DNA of 39,585 bases from a virus (Duplodnaviria > Caudoviricetes). Each line of letters opens with the position of its first letter. Within the stretch, counting starts at the first letter, position 1. Where the stretch lies: positions 1-39,585 of the IMG/VR virus record IMGVR_UViG_3300047548_000102; one strand, given 5' to 3'. Shown here in pieces: positions 35,130 through 39,585 of this stretch. Under the pieces are notes generated by a model that did no database searches, was not told the DNA's origin, and saw only the letters and a program-made list of their open reading frames with translations. Made by a program: the position numbers and the translations under genes.

Positions 35130-36037
35130 TAGGGTCCTCCGAATAACTTACCAATCAACTGCGCAACAGGGTCGGACAGTTGTCGGATAGCGTTGTTACG
35201 TGCAGCAGCGTTAATATCAGCAGCTTCTGTTTGGCCTGCCATGTTTAACCTAGCGCCTTGCATAGCAGCAGCACTTGCAGAAGAGCCTAAACCAGCCCCC
35301 AGCGTCAATGGTTGAAGAGCCTGCTGTTCAACAGTGTTAGCAGCATTGAAGGCATTAGTGAACGGAGCCAACGCTTGGTTCTGGAGGTTGTAGCCAGCGC
35401 CTTGCAAGCCCAGGGCACCAGACATAAGTCCCTGACCGAAGCGAGTCTGCTCCATACCTTGCTGTTGAGCCTGGGCAGCCAACTGAGCATCCTGCTGTGC
35501 AAGAGCGTTGTAATAAGCAGCCATCTCAGGGTTCGTAGCAGCCCTATCCCCAGCAGCAGTAGCGCCAGTGGCAAGACCACTGCGGCCTGTCTGGAATAGG
35601 CGATTACGCACACCAGCAAGCTGTTGCTCACGCTGAGGGGCCAATACAGCCTGTTGCTTGCTCATCCAGTCAGCAGCGGCTGCTTGAGGAGTTTGAGCGA
35701 CATACTGGTTACCCAGGTTGAACAAGCCTTGAGCGCCTGTCTGAACCTGCGGGAAGAACCCTTGAGCCTGCTGTGCTTGCTGTAGAGCACCACCACCGAT
35801 GCCCAGCAGCGACTCACGCATTGCTGCCACATCAGGAGCAGCTTGGTAGCCAGCACCGATGAGTTCACCACCAGGACCATAGTTGAAACCACTACGACCA
35901 AATCGAGTGGTGACACCTACAGGCCTGAACTGAGAGGCTTGAGCAGCTTGCTGTCCTGCTGCCTGAGCAGCATCAGCAGCTTTGTTAGAGGAATAGATAG
36001 AACCAAACAGTCCTAAGAGATCGCCAAGGCCAGCCAT
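35129..36037 (-). CDS. Internal virion/DNA injection protein (302 aa)
   Basis: Gly/Ala/Gln-rich with hydrophobic N-terminus, like podoviral pilot proteins. Confidence 0.65.
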   Translation of the reverse strand: MAGLGDLLGLFGSIYSSNKAADAAQAAGQQAAQASQFRPVGVTTRFGRSGFNYGPGGELIGAGYQAAPDVAAMRESLLGIGGGALQQAQQAQGFFPQVQTGAQGLFNLGNQYVAQTPQAAAADWMSKQQAVLAPQREQQLAGVRNRLFQTGRSGLATGATAAGDRAATNPEMAAYYNALAQQDAQLAAQAQQQGMEQTRFGQGLMSGALGLQGAGYNLQNQALAPFTNAFNAANTVEQQALQPLTLGAGLGSSASAAAMQGARLNMAGQTEAADINAAARNNAIRQLSDPVAQLIGKLFGGP

Positions 36038-36267
36038 TAGTAGGTTCCTCCGTTAATAGTGCCTGTGTAGGTTCCAGATACTGAAATATCAACTACAGAA
36101 GTAGTACCAGTGAGCGAAGAGTTGTTAGCATCTGCCTTTGAAGAGATCGCAGAAGCAATGGCTACAAACTCAGCATCAATTTCAGTTCCCTTAACCTTCT
36201 TAGAAGGATTTCCCGTAGCTAAGGAATCCTTCACTGCAAAGTTAGTCGTCTTCGTGTAATTACTCAT
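36037..36267 (-). CDS. Small tail protein (76 aa)
   Basis: Y.K.T.F..KD.L..G.P.K..KG.EID.EF..I..AI..K motif. Confidence 0.6.
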   Translation of the reverse strand: MSNYTKTTNFAVKDSLATGNPSKKVKGTEIDAEFVAIASAISSKADANNSSLTGTTSVVDISVSGTYTGTINGGTY

Positions 36268-37799
36268 GCTGTCTTTCCTGTCTTAACATATATGTCTAGT
36301 TTTTGGATTGAAATTGCATTGGTATTTACTACAGTCTCTAATCCTAGCTGAACAACTTTACCTTGACCACCAACATTAACAGAGATGTTATTGAGGGTTG
36401 AAGGAGTGAACTCAGCAATGCCATACTCTGCAACACCATACTCAGAAGGCACACCAGCAGGAATTGAGAAGGAACGATAGGTATAGTTATCTGTGAAGTC
36501 ATAGCCAATGTTCAGAGACATGGAATAACCTTCACCGCCAACGACAACAACACCGACTTTCTTAAGGATCTTGACAACAGTGGGAGCACCGAAGTCAAAG
36601 TAGTTAGTGAAGTATCGCATGTTGTAGGTACTGGTATTATCTAAGTATCCTGTATGATACCCGATGTATCCAGCAAAACCCATCAGCAATTCTTTATCTT
36701 TTGTATAGCAGAAGGACTTAGGAGTCAGTGTCCATGATGTCGTTCTAGCTGCTCCGTTCTGGAGCATTGTACGCATATCAAAGCAATATGTCAAGGACGA
36801 ATCAGTAAAAGATAACAAATAGAATGCTTCTTTTTCAGAGTATGCTGCTTTAATATTCGTAGCAGTAGCACCAGCAATAGTACTTACTAAGTCATCACGG
36901 ATGTTAGAACTCAAGTCACGCATTGGTGCTGACTTCTCTTGAATGACTCGCATCAGAGAGCGTACACCAGTGTCCGACAAGAAGATGACATCAATGCCGG
37001 TGTTGACTACTGAATCCCTAGCAATACAGCCAACACCTGTGATAGCATCCTGAAGACTCATTGCAGCAGGATCTTGAGGGTCTCTGTAGATCAGGATCTG
37101 ACGCTTACCAAAGACAATCAGGAATCCGTTATGGGCTGCTAAAGCAGTGATTTCATCAGATCCATGAGGCCAGATCTGTGTAATGTCCAGAGTACCGCTA
37201 GAACCTGTAGTGAGCACATAGCCAAGCAGAAGATCAGAGAATTGAATCAGAGACTTGTCAGTAGACGTTGCTGCTGACCATGTACGACCATAGGCACTGA
37301 TTACGCTGTCAGCAGACTGTACAGTTCCTAAGTATCCAGACTTCTCAGACACCCTACGGTACGTCACAGCAGACACAGCAGGATCAAAGATCAGAGGATC
37401 ATGTCCAGACTGATACAGATACAGAATGTTGTTCAAGGAACACATCTGCCAGTGGCTGTCAGTGATCGTGGGTGCAACACCACCGCCACCGTAGGTCAGT
37501 TCAGTCAACGTAGAACCAACGAGCTTAAACAGCTTGTTATTGCCTGCTGCTACAGTGTATGTAGTGCCATCTTCAGTGATTAACTGTCCGATGCTCTTGA
37601 CATCACCAGACCCTAAAGCAGCCAGCGTAGAGTGCTTAGGTAGCCATCCTTTACGAGCACCAATACGACCAAACTTATCAATTACACAGTTCTCAGCAAT
37701 GGTTGCAAAGCCTGACTCTAAGGTCACTGAACTCTCTTGTGTGTTCAGGCCTTGAAAGCCAGGAGCCGCTACGGTATTAGTTAATAGTTTTGCAGCCAT
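36264..37799 (-). CDS. Tail nozzle/tubular protein B-like (beta-propeller)
   Basis: 511 aa beta-rich; PGF.GLN, GC.A.DSV, FLS..G motifs; follows the adaptor. Confidence 0.75.
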   Translation of the reverse strand: MAAKLLTNTVAAPGFQGLNTQESSVTLESGFATIAENCVIDKFGRIGARKGWLPKHSTLAALGSGDVKSIGQLITEDGTTYTVAAGNNKLFKLVGSTLTELTYGGGGVAPTITDSHWQMCSLNNILYLYQSGHDPLIFDPAVSAVTYRRVSEKSGYLGTVQSADSVISAYGRTWSAATSTDKSLIQFSDLLLGYVLTTGSSGTLDITQIWPHGSDEITALAAHNGFLIVFGKRQILIYRDPQDPAAMSLQDAITGVGCIARDSVVNTGIDVIFLSDTGVRSLMRVIQEKSAPMRDLSSNIRDDLVSTIAGATATNIKAAYSEKEAFYLLSFTDSSLTYCFDMRTMLQNGAARTTSWTLTPKSFCYTKDKELLMGFAGYIGYHTGYLDNTSTYNMRYFTNYFDFGAPTVVKILKKVGVVVVGGEGYSMSLNIGYDFTDNYTYRSFSIPAGVPSEYGVAEYGIAEFTPSTLNNISVNVGGQGKVVQLGLETVVNTNAISIQKLDIYVKTGKTA

Positions 37800-38449
37800 T
37801 AGATGTCCGTCCAGACAACATCCTCATTGTACCTGTTACGCTCCAATGCAATAGCATCAGCCAGAGCAAGACGATACTGCTGATAGAGTTCCGCAAAAGG
37901 TTGTCCTGAGTCTTCACCACGCTCTGAGATTGCCTTAGCGTGTGCTAAGAGTACAATCAGGTGAGCAGGAACTTTAAGGACATCTGCATTGGCAGACAAG
38001 TCTACTTGAGGTACTTTGAGTTCAAAGCGAAGACTATACACATTGTCTGGAATAGGCCAAACCTTGACAACAGTATCGTCACCAGAGACACCATCGTACA
38101 CATAGTACTCAGGTGCTTTGCTCATCGTAGGGCTGATGTAGAACTGACGATTCATCCATGCCCTAGGAGCCTGATCAAGAGCATAGTCACTGGTGTCGTT
38201 AAGAACATCGCCAGTGGTGAATCGTTGTCCTGAGCCTGTTAAAGTGTATGAACTTACTCCTGCGACTGTAGGGATGATAATAGTCTCAGACAGGCAATTC
38301 CAGTCATGTGCGTCTTCAACTTCTCGTTTAGCGTCATTGACTAAAATACCGATAAGACTACTATAAGGAGTGTCAGAAACATTAGACACTTCGTTTTCCC
38401 TAAGCCTTACAAGTACATTGTTAACAAGTTGTAAGTAAGTAGAAGACAT
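37799..38449 (-). CDS. Tail adaptor/tubular protein A-like
   Basis: TYLQLVN.VL.RLRE, VNDAKR.VE....W, WP.PD motifs. Confidence 0.75.
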   Translation of the reverse strand: MSSTYLQLVNNVLVRLRENEVSNVSDTPYSSLIGILVNDAKREVEDAHDWNCLSETIIIPTVAGVSSYTLTGSGQRFTTGDVLNDTSDYALDQAPRAWMNRQFYISPTMSKAPEYYVYDGVSGDDTVVKVWPIPDNVYSLRFELKVPQVDLSANADVLKVPAHLIVLLAHAKAISERGEDSGQPFAELYQQYRLALADAIALERNRYNEDVVWTDI

Positions 38450-38467
38450 CTTTATTCCTTTGTGTCG

Positions 38468-39322
38468 TTACCAAGTCCAGACACGGATACGACCGTTACC
38501 ACCGGCTCCTGAAGTAAGACCACCGCCGCCACCTCCACCACCCGGTACAGCGCCAGCAGTTGCTGTTGCAGCCGATCCGTTTCCACCAGCGCCTCCATAC
38601 AACGAAGTTCCTCCGTTACTAAATGTAAGACCTGATGCTTCAGAACATCCTCCACCGGCACCGCCATAAATGGTGTCACCTCCGGCATGGCCTGTATTCC
38701 AAGAGCCTTGACCACCATAGTATCCTGACATTTCTGGAGGAACTCCTTGAAAAGCTCCTAAAAGATTTCCTGCTTTTCCAGTTGTGCCTGTAGAATTACC
38801 AGCTCCGCCGCCATAAGCTGTAATATGGCTACCAAAAGTTGAATTTCCTCCAATAGCTCCATCTTGATTTGAACCTGTCCTTGAAGCTCCTCCAGTACCT
38901 ACTGTAACAGTCACAGTAGTTCCAATATCAGAAGCCCTAAAAAGACCAGAAACAAAAAGACCCCCGCCACCACCTCCGGCTATAGTTCCTGAAGCGTCTC
39001 TTCGTCCAGAGCCGCCTCCGCCAATAGCTTCAACATAAACAAAGTTTACATTAGAAGGTTTAGTCCAAGTACCAGAAGAAATGAACTCTTGATAGTCAGT
39101 AGCGACAAGACCAGCAACACCGCTGATAGTGCCGCCAGTAATAGCAACAGCGTTAGCCTCCTGATTACCAAGGCTACCAACAACCTTTACAACAGCACCA
39201 CCAGAGTCTTTGGTGTATAGTTTCTTATCAGTTACGTTAACAGCCAGTTCACCCTGAACAAGATCACCAGTGCCCGGTACAGCAGCAGCGGTGCTACTAT
39301 TCTTTGTAATCAGTGTTGCCAT
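38468..39322 (-). CDS. Tail fibre protein with glycine-rich domain
   Basis: GELAVN.TD.KLY.KD N-terminus; SGTWTKP...IGGGGSG...GGNG.I.V. Confidence 0.75.
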   Translation of the reverse strand: MATLITKNSSTAAAVPGTGDLVQGELAVNVTDKKLYTKDSGGAVVKVVGSLGNQEANAVAITGGTISGVAGLVATDYQEFISSGTWTKPSNVNFVYVEAIGGGGSGRRDASGTIAGGGGGGLFVSGLFRASDIGTTVTVTVGTGGASRTGSNQDGAIGGNSTFGSHITAYGGGAGNSTGTTGKAGNLLGAFQGVPPEMSGYYGGQGSWNTGHAGGDTIYGGAGGGCSEASGLTFSNGGTSLYGGAGGNGSAATATAGAVPGGGGGGGGLTSGAGGNGRIRVWTW

Positions 39323-39585
39323 TTAACCTCCGAATTTACCTTCATACCATTGTTGCAAGGGAGTAGCCACATCTCTAGGAGTTTGAGGCATGTAAGTGTT
39401 GTAATACTGTTGGATTGCTTTGTAGTAGTCAGCGTTGCCTACAGGTACAGGAGTCGTAGGAGCCATCGGTGTAACAGCAGTTCCGCCACCTCCGCCTCCA
39501 CCGCCACTAAGCAAGCCTAATGACGACAAGCTGGTTAATGCCTTCAGGATGTCTGAGATGCTTAAGGAACCTGCTAAAGTAGTAG
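39323..39585 (-). CDS. 3' part of the junction-spanning 487-aa virion protein (see 1..1328)
   Basis: In frame with 1..1328 via the 127-bp overlap. Confidence 0.8.
   Translation of the reverse strand, partial: TTLAGSLSISDILKALTSLSSLGLLSGGGGGGGGTAVTPMAPTTPVPVGNADYYKAIQQYYNTYMPQTPRDVATPLQQWYEGKFGG
39459..39585. repeat. Terminal direct repeat, right copy (circular assembly overlap)
   Basis: Identical to 1..127. Confidence 0.95.

Overview
This window is a complete, circularly assembled ~39.46 kb dsDNA phage genome. The 127-bp terminal overlap (1..127 = 39459..39585) falls inside a gene and is probably an assembly overlap. It looks like a lytic podovirus with T7-like replication genes but no phage RNA polymerase, integrase or repressor. 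Two arms diverge from an ~840-bp non-coding region (13414..14257) and converge on a bidirectional terminator (~31050..31100), an architecture like SIO1/cobavirus-type podoviruses. The + arm carries small early genes, primase-helicase, PolA, tRNA-Leu, SSB, 5'-3' exonuclease, a resolvase-like nuclease, MazG, a metallophosphoesterase, ThyX, DUF3310, class II RNR and PhoH. The - arm carries TerS/TerL, portal, a collagen/repeat appendage module, scaffold, major capsid, fibres, tail adaptor/nozzle, ejection proteins, holin and lysozyme. Four free-standing homing endonucleases overlap their neighbours. The most striking signal is the central non-coding region. It holds a perfect bacterial parS palindrome, two tandem perfect DnaA boxes next to three 14-mer repeats, a Fur-box-like site and paired palindromes, although the phage encodes no ParAB or DnaA. 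It also holds a structured ~220-nt leader RNA upstream of terS. Functional calls come from motif recognition only; no database searches were run.
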